This document shows, one piece after another, positions 25,700 to 39,780 of a stretch of 64,000 nt of DNA (its first letter is position 1; every line of letters begins with the position of its first letter). Both the position numbers and the translations under genes were made by a program. The stretch is from Auanema rhodensis (taxonomy: Eukaryota; Animalia; Nematoda). Below the pieces are notes generated by a model that made no database searches, was not told the DNA's origin, and worked only from the letters and a program-made list of their open reading frames with translations. The stretch spans positions 3,534,001 through 3,598,000 of the forward strand of contig OZ059896.1 in the NCBI GenBank assembly GCA_964057225.1, in the 5' to 3' direction.

Positions 25700-27400
25700 G
25701 AAAACCGCATCTCTTTATCTTTCACGTGAAGCGAGTTACATATAAAGTGCACATCACGTGTACATTTAATTAGCATAAATTAAAGTTCACGTAAATTTCA
25801 AAGTCATGGTTACCATGAACCAATATCAATAAAAATTTGTTTTTAAACTAATATGGACATGGGGATTCTAATTTTGAAAACCGCATCTCTTTATCTTTCA
25901 CGTGAAGCGAGTTACATACCTAGTGCACATCACGTGTACATTTAATTAGCTTAAATTAAAGTTCACGTAAATTTCAAAGTCATGGTTACCATGAACCAAT
26001 ATCAATAAAAATTTGTTTTTAGACTAATTTGGACATGGGGATTCTAATTTTGAAAACCGCATCTCTTTATCTTTCACGTGAAGCGAGTTACATACCTAGT
26101 GCACATCACGTGTACATTTAATTAGCATAAATTAAAGTTCACGTAAATTTCAAAGTCATGGTTACCATGAACCAATATCAATAAAAATTTGTTTTTAAAC
26201 TAATATGGACATGGGGAATCTAATTTTGAAAACCGCATCTCTTTATCTTTCACGTGAAGCGAGTTACATACCTAGTGCACATCACGTGTACATTTAATTA
26301 GCATAAATTAAAGTTCACTTAAATTTCAAAGTCATGGTTACCATGCACCAATATCAATAAAAGTTTGTTTTTAGACTAATATGGACATGGGGAATCTAAT
26401 TTTGAGAACCGCATCTCTTTATCTTTCACGTGAAGCGAGTTACATATAAAGTGCACATCACGTGTACATTTAATTAGCATAAATTAAAGTTCACGTAAAT
26501 TTCAAAGTCATGGTTACCATGAACCAATATCAATAAAAATTTGTTTTTAGACTAATATGGACATGGGGAATCTAATTTTGAAAACCGCATCTCTTTATCT
26601 TTCACGTGAAGCGAGTTACATATAAAGTGCACATCACGTGTACATTTAATTAGCATAAATTAAAGTTCACGTAAATTTCAAAGTCATGGTTACCATGAAC
26701 CAATATCAATAAAAATTTGTTTTTAAACTAATATGGACATGGGGATTCTAATTTTGAAAACCGCATCTCTTTATCTTTCACGTGAAGCGAGTTACATACC
26801 TAGTGCACATCACGTGTACATTTAATTAGCATAAATTAAAGTTCACGTAAATTTCAAAGTCATGGTTACCATGAACCAATATCAATAAAAATTTGTTTTT
26901 AGACTAATTTGGACATGGGGATTCTAATTTTGAAAACCGCATCTCTTTATCTTTCACGTGAAGCGAGTTACATACCTAGTGCACATCACGTGTACATTTA
27001 ATTAGCATAAATTAAAGTTCACGTAAATTTCAAAGTCATGGTTACCATGAACCAATATCAATAAAAATTTGTTTTTAAACTAATATGGACATGGGGAATC
27101 TAATTTTGAAAACCGCATCTCTTTATCTTTCACGTGAAGCGAGTTACATACCTAGTGCACATCACGTGTACATTTAATTAGCATAAACTAAAGTTCACTT
27201 AAATTTCAAAGTCATGGTTACCATGCACCAATATCAATAAAAGTTTGTTTTTAGACTAATATGGACATGGGGAATCTAATTTTGAGAACCGCATCTCTTT
27301 ATCTTTCACGTGAAGCGAGTTACATATAAAGTGCACATCACGTGTACATTTAATTAGCATAAATTAAAGTTAACGTAAATTTCAAAGTCATGGTTACCAT
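25700..27400. repeat. Tandem duplication of a 5-monomer block (880 bp)
   Basis: 'ttcacttaaa' 26319/27199, 'aaagtttg' 26363/27243 and 'gagaacc' 26406/27286 are offset by 880. Confidence 0.85.
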
Positions 27401-30400
27401 GAACCAATATCAATAAAAATTTGTTTTTAAACTAATATGGACATGGGGAACCTAATTTTGAAAACCGCTTCTCTTTATCTTTCAAGTGAAGCGAGTTACA
27501 TACCAAGTGCACATCACGTGTACATTTAATTAGCATAAATTAAAGTTCACGTAAATTTCAAAGTCATGGTTACCATGAACCAATATCAATAAAAATTTGT
27601 TTTCAAACTAATATGGACATGGGGATTCTAATTTTGAAAACCGCATCTCTTTATCTTTCACGTGAAGCGAGTTACATACCTAGTGCACATCACGTGTACA
27701 TTTAATTAGCATAAATTAAAGTTCACGTAAATTTCAAAGTCATGGTTACCATGAACCAATATCAATAAAAATTTGTTTTTAGACTAATTTGGACATGGGG
27801 AATCTAATTTTGAAAACCGCATCTCTTTATCTTTCAAGTGAAGCGAGTTACATACCAAGTGCACATCACGTGTACATTTAATTAGCATAAATTAAAGTTC
27901 ACGTAAATTTCAAAGTCATGGTTACCATGAACCAATATCAATAAAAATTTGTTTTTAAACTAATATGGACATGGGGAATCTAATTTTGAAAACCGCATCT
28001 CTTTATCTTTCACGTGAAGCGAGTTACATACCTAGTGCACATCACGTGTACATTTAATTAGCATAAATTAAAGTTCACGTAAATTTCAAAGTCATGGTTA
28101 CCATGAACCAATATCAATAAAAATTTGTTTTTAGACTAATTTGGACATGGGGATTCTAATTTTGAAAACCGCATCTCTTTATCTTTCACGTGAAGCGAGT
28201 TACATATAAAGTGCACATCACGTGTACATTTAATTAGCATAAATTAAAGTTCACGTAAATTTCAAAGTCATGGTTACCATGAACCAATATCAATAAAAAT
28301 TTGTTTTTAAACTAATATGGACATGGGGAATCTAATTTTGAAAACCGCATCTCTTTATCTTTCAAGTGAAGCGAGTTACATACCTAGTGCACATCACGTG
28401 TACATTTAATTAGCATAAATTAAAGTTCACGTAAATTTCAAAGTCATGGTTACCATGAACCAATATCAATAAAAATTTGTTTTTAGACTAATTTGGACAT
28501 GAGGATTCTAATTTTGAAAACCGCATCTCTTTATCTTTCACGTGAAGCGAGTTACATACCTAGTGCACATCACGTGTACATTTAATTAGCATAAATTAAA
28601 GTTCACGTAAATTTCAAAGTCATGGTTACCATGAACCAATATCAATAAAAATTTGTTTTTAGACTAATTTGGACATGGGGATTCTAATTTTGAAAACCGC
28701 ATCTCTTTATCTTTCACGTGAAGCGAGTTACATACCTAGTGCACATCACGTGTACATTTAATTATCATAAATTAAAGTTCACGTAAATTTCAAAGTCATG
28801 GTTACCATTAACCAATATCAATAAAAATTTGTTTTTAGACTAATTTGGACATGGGGATTCTAATTTTGAAAACCGCATCTCTTTATCTTTCACGTGAAGC
28901 GAGTTACATACCTAGTGCACATCACGTGTACATTTAATTAGCATAAATTAAAGTTCACGTAAATTTCAAAGTCATGGTTACCATGAACCAATATCAATAA
29001 AAATTTGTTTTTAAACTAATATGGACATGGGGAATCTAATTTTGAAAACCGCATCTCTTTATCTTTCACGTGAAGCGAGTTACATACCTAGTGCACATCA
29101 CGTGTACATTTAATTAGCATAAATTAAAGTTCACGTAAATTTCAAAGTCATGGTTACCATGCACCAATATCAATAAAAGTTTGTTTTTAGACTAATATGG
29201 ACATGGGGAATCTAATTTTGAGAACCGCATCTCTTTATCTTTCACGTGAAGCGAGTTACATATAAAGTGCACATCACGTGTACATTTAATTAGCATAAAT
29301 TAAAGTTCACGTAAATTTCAAAGTCATGGTTACCATGAACCAATATCAATAAAATTTTGTTTTTAGACTAATATGGACATGGGGAATCTAATTTTGAAAA
29401 CCGCATCTCTTTATCTTTCACGTGAAGCGAGTTACATACCAAGTGCACATCACGTGTACATTTAATTAGCATAAATTAAAGTTCACGTAAATTTCAAAGT
29501 CATGGTTACCATGAACCAATATCAATAAAAATTTGTTTTTAAACTAATATGGACATGGGGAATCTAATTTTGAAAACCGCATCTCTTTATCTTTCAAGTG
29601 AAGCGAGTTACATACCAAGTGCACATCACGTGTACATTTAATTAGCATAAATTAAAGTTCACGTAAATTTCAAAGTCATGGTTACCATGAACCAATATCA
29701 ATAAAAATTTGTTTTCAAACTAATATGGACATGGGGATTCTAATTTTGAAAACCGCATCTCTTTATCTTTCACGTGAAGCGAGTTACATACCTAGTGCAC
29801 ATCACGTGTACATTTAATTAGCATAAATTAAAGTTCACGTAAATTTCAAAGTCATGGTTACCATGAACCAATATCAATAAAAATTTGTTTTTAGACTAAT
29901 TTGGACATGGGGAATCTAATTTTGAAAACCGCATCTCTTTATCTTTCACGTGAAGCGAGTTACATACCTAGTGCACATCACGTGTACATTTAATTAGCAT
30001 AAGTTGAAGTTCACGTAAATTTCAAAGTCATGGTTACCATGAACCAATATCAATGAAAATTTGTTTTTAGACTAATATGGACATGGGGAATCTAATTTTG
30101 AAAACCGCATCTCTTTATCTTTCACGTGAAGCGAGTTACATATAAAGTGCACATCACGTGTACATTTAATTAGCATAAATTAAAGTTCACGTAAATTTCA
30201 AAGTCATGGTTACCATGCACCAATATTAATAAAAATTTGTTTTTAGACTAATATGGACATGGGGAATCTAATTTTGAAAACCGCATCTCTTTATCTTTCA
30301 AGTGAAGCGAGTTACATACCAAGTGCACATCACGTGTACACTTAATTAGCATAAATTAAAGTTCACGTAAATTTCAAAGTCATGGTTACCATGCACCAAT

Positions 30401-31799
30401 ATCAATGAAAATTTGTTTTTAGACTAATATGGACATGGGGAATCTAATTTTGAAAACCGCATCTCTTTATCTTTCAAGTGAAGCGAGTTACATACCAAGT
30501 GCACATCACGTGTACATTTAATTAGCATAAATTAAAGTTCACGTAAATTTCAAAGTCATGGTTACCATGAACCAATATCAATAAAAATTTTTTTTTAAAC
30601 TAATATGGACATGGGGATTCTAACTTTGAAAACCGCATCTCTTTATCTTTCACGTGAAGCGAGTTACATATAAAGTGCACATCACGTGTACATTTAATTA
30701 GCATAAATTAAAGTTCACGTAAATTTCAAAGTCATGGTTACCATGCACCAATATTAATAAAAATTGGTTTTTAGACTAATATGGACATGGGGAATCTAAT
30801 TTTGAAAACTGCATCTCTTTATCTTTCACGTGAAGCGAGTTACATACCAAGTGCACATCACGTGTACACTTAATTAGCATAAATTAAAGTTCACGTTAAT
30901 TTCAAAGTCATGGTTACCATGAACCAATATCAATAAAAATTTGTTTTTAGACTAATATGGACATGGGGAATCTAATTTTGAAAACCGCATCTCTTTATCT
31001 TTCACGTGAAGCGAGTTACATATAAAGTGCACATCACGTGTACATTTAATTAGCATAAATTAAAGTTCACGTAAATTTCAAAGTCATGGTTACCATGCAC
31101 CAATATTAATAAAAATTTGTTTTTAGACTAATATGGACATGGGGAATCTAATTTTGAAAACCGCATCTCTTTATCTTTCACGTGAAGCGAGTTACATACC
31201 AAGTGCACATCACGTGTACATTTAATTAGCATAAATTAAAGTTCACGTAAATTTCAAAGTCATGGTTACCATGAACCAATATCAATAAAAATTTGTTTTT
31301 AGACTAATATGGACATGGGGAATCTAATTTTGAAAACCGCATCTCTTTATCTTTCACGTGAAGCGAGTTACATACCAAGTGCACATCACGTGTACACTAA
31401 ATTAGCATAAATTAAAGTTCACGTTAATTTCAAAGTCATGGTTACCATGCACCAATATCAATAAAAATTTGTTTTTAGACTAATTTGGACATGGGGAATC
31501 TAATTTTGAAAACCGCATCTCTTTATCTTTCACGTGAGGCGAGTTACATACCAAGTGCACATCACGTGTACATTTAATTAGCATAAATTAAAGTTCACGT
31601 AAATTTCAAAGTCATGGTTACCATGAACCAATATCAATAAAAATTTGTTTTTAGACTAATATGGACATGGGGAATCTAATTTTGAAAACCGCATCTCTTT
31701 ATCTTTCAAGTGAAGCGAGTTACATACCAAGTGCACATCACGTGTACATTTAATTAGCATAAATTAAAGTTCACGTAAAATTCAAAGTCATGGTTACCA

Positions 31800-34700
31800 T
31801 GAACCAATATCAATAAAAATTTGTTTTTAAACTAATATGGACATGGGGAATCTAATTTTGAAAACCGCATCTCTTTATCTTTCACGTGAAGCGAGTTACA
31901 TACCTAGTGCACATCACGTGTACATTTAATTAGCATAAATTAAAGTTCACGTAAATTTCAAAGTCATGGTTACCATGAACCAATATCAATAACAATTTGT
32001 TTTTAGACTAATTTGGACATGGGGAATCTAATTTTGAAAACCGCATCTCTTTATCTTTCAAGTGAAGCGAGTTACATACCAAGTGCACATCACGTGTACA
32101 TTTAATTAGCATAAATTAAAGTTCACGTAAATTTCAAAGTCATGGTTACCATGAACCAATATCAATAAAAATTTGTTTTCAAACTAATATGGACATGGGG
32201 AATCTAATTTTGAAAACCGCATCTCTTTATCTTTCAAGTGAAGCGAGTTACATACCAAGTGCACATCACGTGTACATTTAATTAGCATAAATTAAAGTTC
32301 ACGTAAATTTCAAAGTCATGGTTACCATGAACCAATATCAATAAAAATTTGTTTTTAGACTAATTTGGACATGGGGATTCTAATTTTGAAAACCGCATCT
32401 CTTTATCTTTCACGTGAAGCGAGTTACATACCTAGTGCACATCACGTGTACATTTAATTAGCATAAATTAAAGTTCACGTAAATTTCAAAGTCATGGTTA
32501 CCATGAACCAATATCAATAAAAATTTGTTTTTAGACTAATTTGGACATGGGGATTCTAAGTTTGAAAACCGCATCTCTTTATCTTTCACGTGAAGCGAGT
32601 TACATACCTAGTGCACATCACGTGTACATTTAATTAGCATAAATTGAAGTTCACGTAAATTTCAAAGTCATGGTTACCATGAACCAATATCAATAAAAAT
32701 TTGTTTTTAAACTAATATGGACATGGGGAATCTAATTTTGAAAACCGCATCTCTTTATCTTTCACGTGAAGCGAGTTACATACCTAGTGCACATCACGTG
32801 TACATTTAATTAGCATAAATTAAAGTTCACGTAAATTTCAAAGTCATGGTTACCATGCACCAATATCAATAAAAGTTTGTTTTTAGACTAATATGGACAT
32901 GGGGAATCTAATTTTGAGAACCGCATCTCTTTATCTTTCACGTGAAGCGAGTTACATATAAAGTGCACATCACGTGTACATTTAATTAGCATAAATTAAA
33001 GTTCACGTAAATTTCAAAGTCATGGTTACCATGAACCAATATCAATAAAAATTTGTTTTTAGACTAATATGGACATGGGGAATCTAATTTTGAAAACCGC
33101 ATCTCTTTATCTTTCACGTGAAGCGAGTTACATACCTAGTGCACATCACGTGTACATTTAATTAGCATAAATTAAAGTTCACGTAAATTTCAAAGTCATG
33201 GTTACCATGAACCAATATCAATAAAAATTTTTTTTTAAACTAATATGGACATGGGGATTCTAACTTTGAAAACCGCATCTCTTTATCTTTCACGTGAAGC
33301 GAGTTACATACCTAGTGCACATCACGTGTACATTTAATTAGCATAAGTTGAAGTTCACGTAAATTTCAAAGTCATGGTTACCATGAACCAATATCAATGA
33401 AAATTTGTTTTTAGACTAATATGGACATGGGGAATCTAATTTTGAAAACCGCATCTCTTTATCTTTCACGTGAAGCGAGTTACATATAAAGTGCACATCA
33501 CGTGTACATTTAATTAGCATAAATTAAAGTTCACGTAAAATTCAAAGTCATGGTTACCATGCACCAATATTAATAAAAATTTGTTTTTAGACTAATATGG
33601 ACATGGGGAATCTAATTTTGAAAACCGCATCTCTTTATCTTTCAAGTGAAGCGAGTTACATACCAAGTGCACATCACGTGTACACTTAATTAGCATAAAT
33701 TAAAGTTCACGTAAATTTCAAAGTCATGGTTACCATGCACCAATATCAATGAAAATTTGTTTTTAGACTAATATGGACATGGGGAATCTAATTTTGAAAA
33801 CCGCATCTCTTTATCTTTCAAGTGAAGCGAGTTACATACCAAGTGCACATCACGTGTACATTTAATTAGCATAAATTAAAGTTCACGTAAATTTCAAAGT
33901 CATGGTTACCATGAACCAATATCAATAAAAATTTGTTTTTAAACTAATATGGACATGGGGATTCTAATTTTGAAAACCGCATCTCTTTATCTTTCACGTG
34001 AAGCGAGTTACATATAAAGTGCACATCACGTGTACATTTAATTAGCATAAATTAAAGTTCACGTAAAATTCAAAGTCATGGTTACCATGAACCAATATCA
34101 ATAAAAATTTGTTTTTAGACTAATATGGACATGGGGAATCTAATTTTGAAAACTGCATCTCTTTATCTTTCACGTGAAGCGAGTTACATACCAAGTGCAC
34201 ATCACGTGTACATTTAATTAGCATAAATTAAAGTTCACGTAAATTTCAAAGTCATGGTTACCATGAACCAATATCAATAAAAATTTGTTTTTAAACTAAT
34301 ATGGACATGGGGAATCTAATTTTGAAAACCGCATCTCTTTATCTTTCACGTGAAGCGAGTTACATACCTAGTGCACATCACGTGTACATTTAATTAGCAT
34401 AAATTAAAGTTCACGTAAATTTCAAAGTCATGGTTACCATGAACCAATATCAATAACAATTTGTTTTTAGACTAATTTGGACATGGGGAATCTAATTTTG
34501 AAAACCGCATCTCTTTATCTTTCAAGTGAAGCGAGTTACATACCAAGTGCACATCACGTGTACATTTAATTAGCATAAATTAAAGTTCACGTAAATTTCA
34601 AAGTCATGGTTACCATGAACCAATATCAATAAAAATTTGTTTTCAAACTAATATGGACATGGGGAATCTAATTTTGAAAACCGCATCTCTTTATCTTTCA

Positions 34701-36570
34701 AGTGAAGCGAGTTACATACCAAGTGCACATCACGTGTACATTTAATTAGCATAAATTAAAGTTCACGTAAATTTCAAAGTCATGGTTACCATGAACCAAT
34801 ATCAATAAAAATTTGTTTTCAGACTAATTTGGACATGGGGATTCTAATTTTGAAAACCGCATCTCTTTATCTTTCACGTGAAGCGAGTTACATACCTAGT
34901 GCACATCACGTGTACATTTAATTAGCATAAATTAAAGTTCACGTAAATTTCAAAGTCATGGTTACCATGAACCAATATCAATAAAAATTTGTTTTTAGAC
35001 TAATTTGGACATGGGGATTCTAAGTTTGAAAACCGCATCTCTTTATCTTTCACGTGAAGCGAGTTACATACCTAGTGCACATCACGTGTACATTTAATTA
35101 GCATAAATTGAAGTTCACGTAAATTTCAAAGTCATGGTTACCATGAACCAATATCAATAAAAATTTGTTTTTAAACTAATATGGACATGGGGAATCTAAT
35201 TTTGAAAACCGCATCTCTTTATCTTTCACGTGAAGCGAGTTACATACCTAGTGCACATCACGTGTACATTTAATTAGCATAAATTAAAGTTCACGTAAAT
35301 TTCAAAGTCATGGTTACCATGCACCAATATCAATAAAAGTTTGTTTTTAGACTAATATGGACATGGGGAATCTAATTTTGAAAACCGCATCTCTTTATCT
35401 TTCACGTGAAGCGAGTTACATATAAAGTGCACATCACGTGTACATTTAATTAGCATAAATTAAAGTTCACGTAAATTTCAAAGTCATGGTTACCATGAAC
35501 CAATATCAATAAAAATTTGTTTTTAGACTAATATGGACATGGGGAATCTAATTTTGAAAACCGCATCTCTTTATCTTTCACGTGAAGCGAGTTACATACC
35601 TAGTACACATCACGTGTACATTTAATTAGCATAAATTAAAGTTCACGTAAATTTCAAAGTCATGGTTACCATGAACCAATATCAATAAAAATTTGTTTTT
35701 AAACTAATATGGACATGGGGAATCTAATTTTGAAAACCGCATCTCTTTATCTTTCACGTGAAGCGAGTTACATACCTAGTGCACATCACGTGTACATTTA
35801 ATTAGCATAAGTTGAAGTTCACGTAAATTTCAAAGTCATGGTTACCATGAACCAATATCAATGAAAATTTGTTTTTAGACTAATATGGACATGGGGAATC
35901 TAATTTTGAAAACCGCATCTCTTTATCTTTCACGTGAAGCGAGTTACATATAAAGTGCACATCACGTGTACATTTAATTAGCATAAATTAAAGTTCACGT
36001 AAATTTCAAAGTCATGGTTACCATGCACCAATATTAATAAAAATTTGTTTTTAGACTAATATGGACATGGGGAATCTAATTTTGAAAACCGCATCTCTTT
36101 ATCTTTCAAGTGAAGCGAGTTACATACCAAGTGCACATCACGTGTACACTTAATTAGCATAAATTAAAGTTCACGTAAATTTCAAAGTCATGGTTACCAT
36201 GCACCAATATCAATGAAAATTTGTTTTTGGACTAATATGGACATGGGGAATCTAATTTTGAAAACCGCATCTCTTTATCTTTCAAGTGAAGCGAGTTACA
36301 TACCAAGTGCACATCACGTGTACATTTAATTAGCATAAATTAAAGTTCACGTAAATTTCAAAGTCATGGTTACCATGAACCAATATCAATAAAAATTTGT
36401 TTTTAAACTAATATGGACATGGGGATTCTAATTTTGAAAACCGCATCTCTTTATCTTTCACGTGAAGCGAGTTAGATATAAAGTGCACATCACGTGTACA
36501 TTTAATTAGCATAAATTAAAGTTCACGTAAAATTCAAAGTCATGGTTACCATGAACCAATATCAATAAAA
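31800..36570. repeat. Tandem duplication of a 14-monomer block (2464 bp)
   Basis: 'aataacaat' 31993/34457, 'tctaagttt' 32560/35024, 'aaattgaag' 32646/35110, 'aagttgaag' 33347/35811 and 'gtaaaattc' 34068/36532 are all offset by 2464. Confidence 0.92.
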
Positions 36571-39500
36571 ATTTGTTTTTAAACTAATATGGACATGGGG
36601 AATCTAATTTTGAAAACCGCATCTCTTTATCTTTCACGTGAAGCGAGTTACATACCTAGTGCACATCACGTGTACATTTAATTAGCATAAATTAAAGTTC
36701 ACGTAAATTTCAAAGTCATGGTTACCATGAACCAATATCAATAAAAATTTGTTTTTAGACTAATATGGACATGGGGAATCTAATTTTGAAAACCGCATCT
36801 CTTTATCTTTCACGTGAAGCGAGTTACATATAAAGTGCACATCACGTGTACATTTAATTAGCATAAATTAAAGTTCACGTAAATTTCAAAGTCATGGTTA
36901 CCATGCACCAATATTAATAAAAATTGGTTTTTAGACTAATATGGACATGGGGAATCTAATTTTGAAAACTGCATCTCTTTATCTTTCACGTGAAGCGAGT
37001 TACATACCAAGTGCACATCACGTGTACACTTAATTAGCATAAATTAAAGTTCACGTTAATTTCAAAGTCATGGTTACCATGAACCAATATCAATAAAAAT
37101 TTGTTTTTAGACTAATATGGACATGGGGAATCTAATTTTGAAAACCGCATCTCTTTATCTTTCACGTGAAGCGAGTTACATATAAAGTGCACATCACGTG
37201 TACATTTAATTAGCATAAATTAAAGTTCACGTAAATTTCAAAGTCATGGTTACCATGCACCAATATTAATAAAAATTTGTTTTTAGACTAATATGGACAT
37301 GGGGAATCTAATTTTGAAAACCGCATCTCTTTATCTTTCACGTGAAGCGAGTTACATACCAAGTGCACATCACGTGTACACTAAATTAGCATAAATTAAA
37401 GTTCACGTTAATTTCAAAGTCATGGTTACCATGCACCAATATCAATAAAAATTTGTTTTTAGACTAATTTGGACATGGGGAATCTAATTTTGAAAACCGC
37501 ATCTCTTTATCTTTCACGTGAGGCGAGTTACATACCAAGTGCACATCACGTGTACATTTAATTAGCATAAATTAAAGTTCACGTAAATTTCAAAGTCATG
37601 GTTACCATGAACCAATATCAATAAAAATTTGTTTTTAGACTAATATGGACATGGGGAATCTAATTTTGAAAACCGCATCTCTTTATCTTTCAAGTGAAGC
37701 GAGTTACATACCAAGTGCACATCACGTGTACATTTAATTAGCATAAATTAAAGTTCACGTAAATTTCAAAGTCATGGTTACCATGAACCAATATCAATAA
37801 AAATTTGTTTTTAAACTAATATGGACATGGGGATTCTAATTTTGAAAACCGCATCTCTTTATCTTTCACGTGAAGCGAGTTACATATAAAGTGCACATCA
37901 CGTGTACATTTAATTAGCATAAATTAAAGTTCACGTAAATTTCAAAGTCATGGTTACCATGCACCAATATTAATAAAAATTTGTTTTTAGACTAATATGG
38001 ACATGGGGAATCTAATTTTGAAAACCGCATCTCTTTATCTTTCAAGTGAAGCGAGTTACATACCAAGTGCACATCACGTGTACACTTAATTAGCATAAAT
38101 TAAAGTTCACGTAAATTTCAAAGTCATGGTTACCATGCACCAATATCAATGAAAATTTGTTTTTGGACTAATATGGACATGGGGAATCTAATTTTGAAAA
38201 CCGCATCTCTTTATCTTTCAAGTGAAGCGAGTTACATACCAAGTGCACATCACGTGTACATTTAATTAGCATAAATTAAAGTTCACGTAAATTTCAAAGT
38301 CATGGTTACCATGAACCAATATCAATAAAAATTTGTTTTTAAACTAATATGGACATGGGGATTCTAATTTTGAAAACCGCATCTCTTTATCTTTCACGTG
38401 AAGCGAGTTACATATAAAGTGCACATCACGTGTACATTTAATTAGCATAAATTAAAGTTCACGTAAAATTCAAAGTCATGGTTACCATGAACCAATATCA
38501 ATAAAAATTTGTTTTTAAACTAATATGGACATGGGGAATCTAATTTTGAAAACCGCATCTCTTTATCTTTCACGTGAAGCGAGTTACATACCTAGTGCAC
38601 ATCACGTGTACATTTAATTAGCATAAATTAAAGTTCACGTAAATTTCAAAGTCATGGTTACCATGAACCAATATCAATAACAATTTGTTTTTAGACTAAT
38701 ATGGACATGGGGAATCTAATTTTGAAAACCGCATCTCTTTATCTTTCACGTGAAGCGAGTTACATATAAAGTGCACATCACGTGTACATTTAATTAGCAT
38801 AAATTAAAGTTCACGTAAATTTCAAAGTCATGGTTACCATGCACCAATATTAATAAAAATTGGTTTTTAGACTAATATGGACATGGGGAATCTAATTTTG
38901 AAAACTGCATCTCTTTATCTTTCACGTGAAGCGAGTTACATACCAAGTGCACATCACGTGTACACTTAATTAGCATAAATTAAAGTTCACGTTAATTTCA
39001 AAGTCATGGTTACCATGAACCAATATCAATAAAAATTTGTTTTTAGACTAATATGGACATGGGGAATCTAATTTTGAAAACCGCATCTCTTTATCTTTCA
39101 CGTGAAGCGAGTTACATATAAAGTGCACATCACGTGTACATTTAATTAGCATAAATTAAAGTTCACGTAAATTTCAAAGTCATGGTTACCATGCACCAAT
39201 ATTAATAAAAATTTGTTTTTAGACTAATATGGACATGGGGAATCTAATTTTGAAAACCGCATCTCTTTATCTTTCACGTGAAGCGAGTTACATACCAAGT
39301 GCACATCACGTGTACACTAAATTAGCATAAATTAAAGTTCACGTTAATTTCAAAGTCATGGTTACCATGCACCAATATCAATAAAAATTTGTTTTTAGAC
39401 TAATTTGGACATGGGGAATCTAATTTTGAAAACCGCATCTCTTTATCTTTCACGTGAGGCGAGTTACATACCAAGTGCACATCACGTGTACATTTAATTA

Positions 39501-39780
39501 GCATAAATTAAAGTTCACGTAAATTTCAAAGTCATGGTTACCATGAACCAATATCAATAAAAATTTGTTTTTAGACTAATATGGACATGGGGAATCTAAT
39601 TTTGAAAACCGCATCTCTTTATCTTTCAAGTGAAGCGAGTTACATACCAAGTGCACATCACGTGTACATTTAATTAGCATAAATTAAAGTTCACGTAAAT
39701 TTCAAATTCATGGTTACCATGAACCAATATCAATAAAAATTTGTTTTTAAACTAATATGGACATGGGGATTCTAATTTTG
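35900..39780. repeat. Tandem duplication of an 11-monomer block (1936 bp)
   Basis: 'tttttggact' 36229/38165, 'aaattggttt' ~36925/38861, 'cactaaatt' ~37383/39319 and 'gtgaggcg' 37522/39458 are offset by 1936. Confidence 0.92.
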
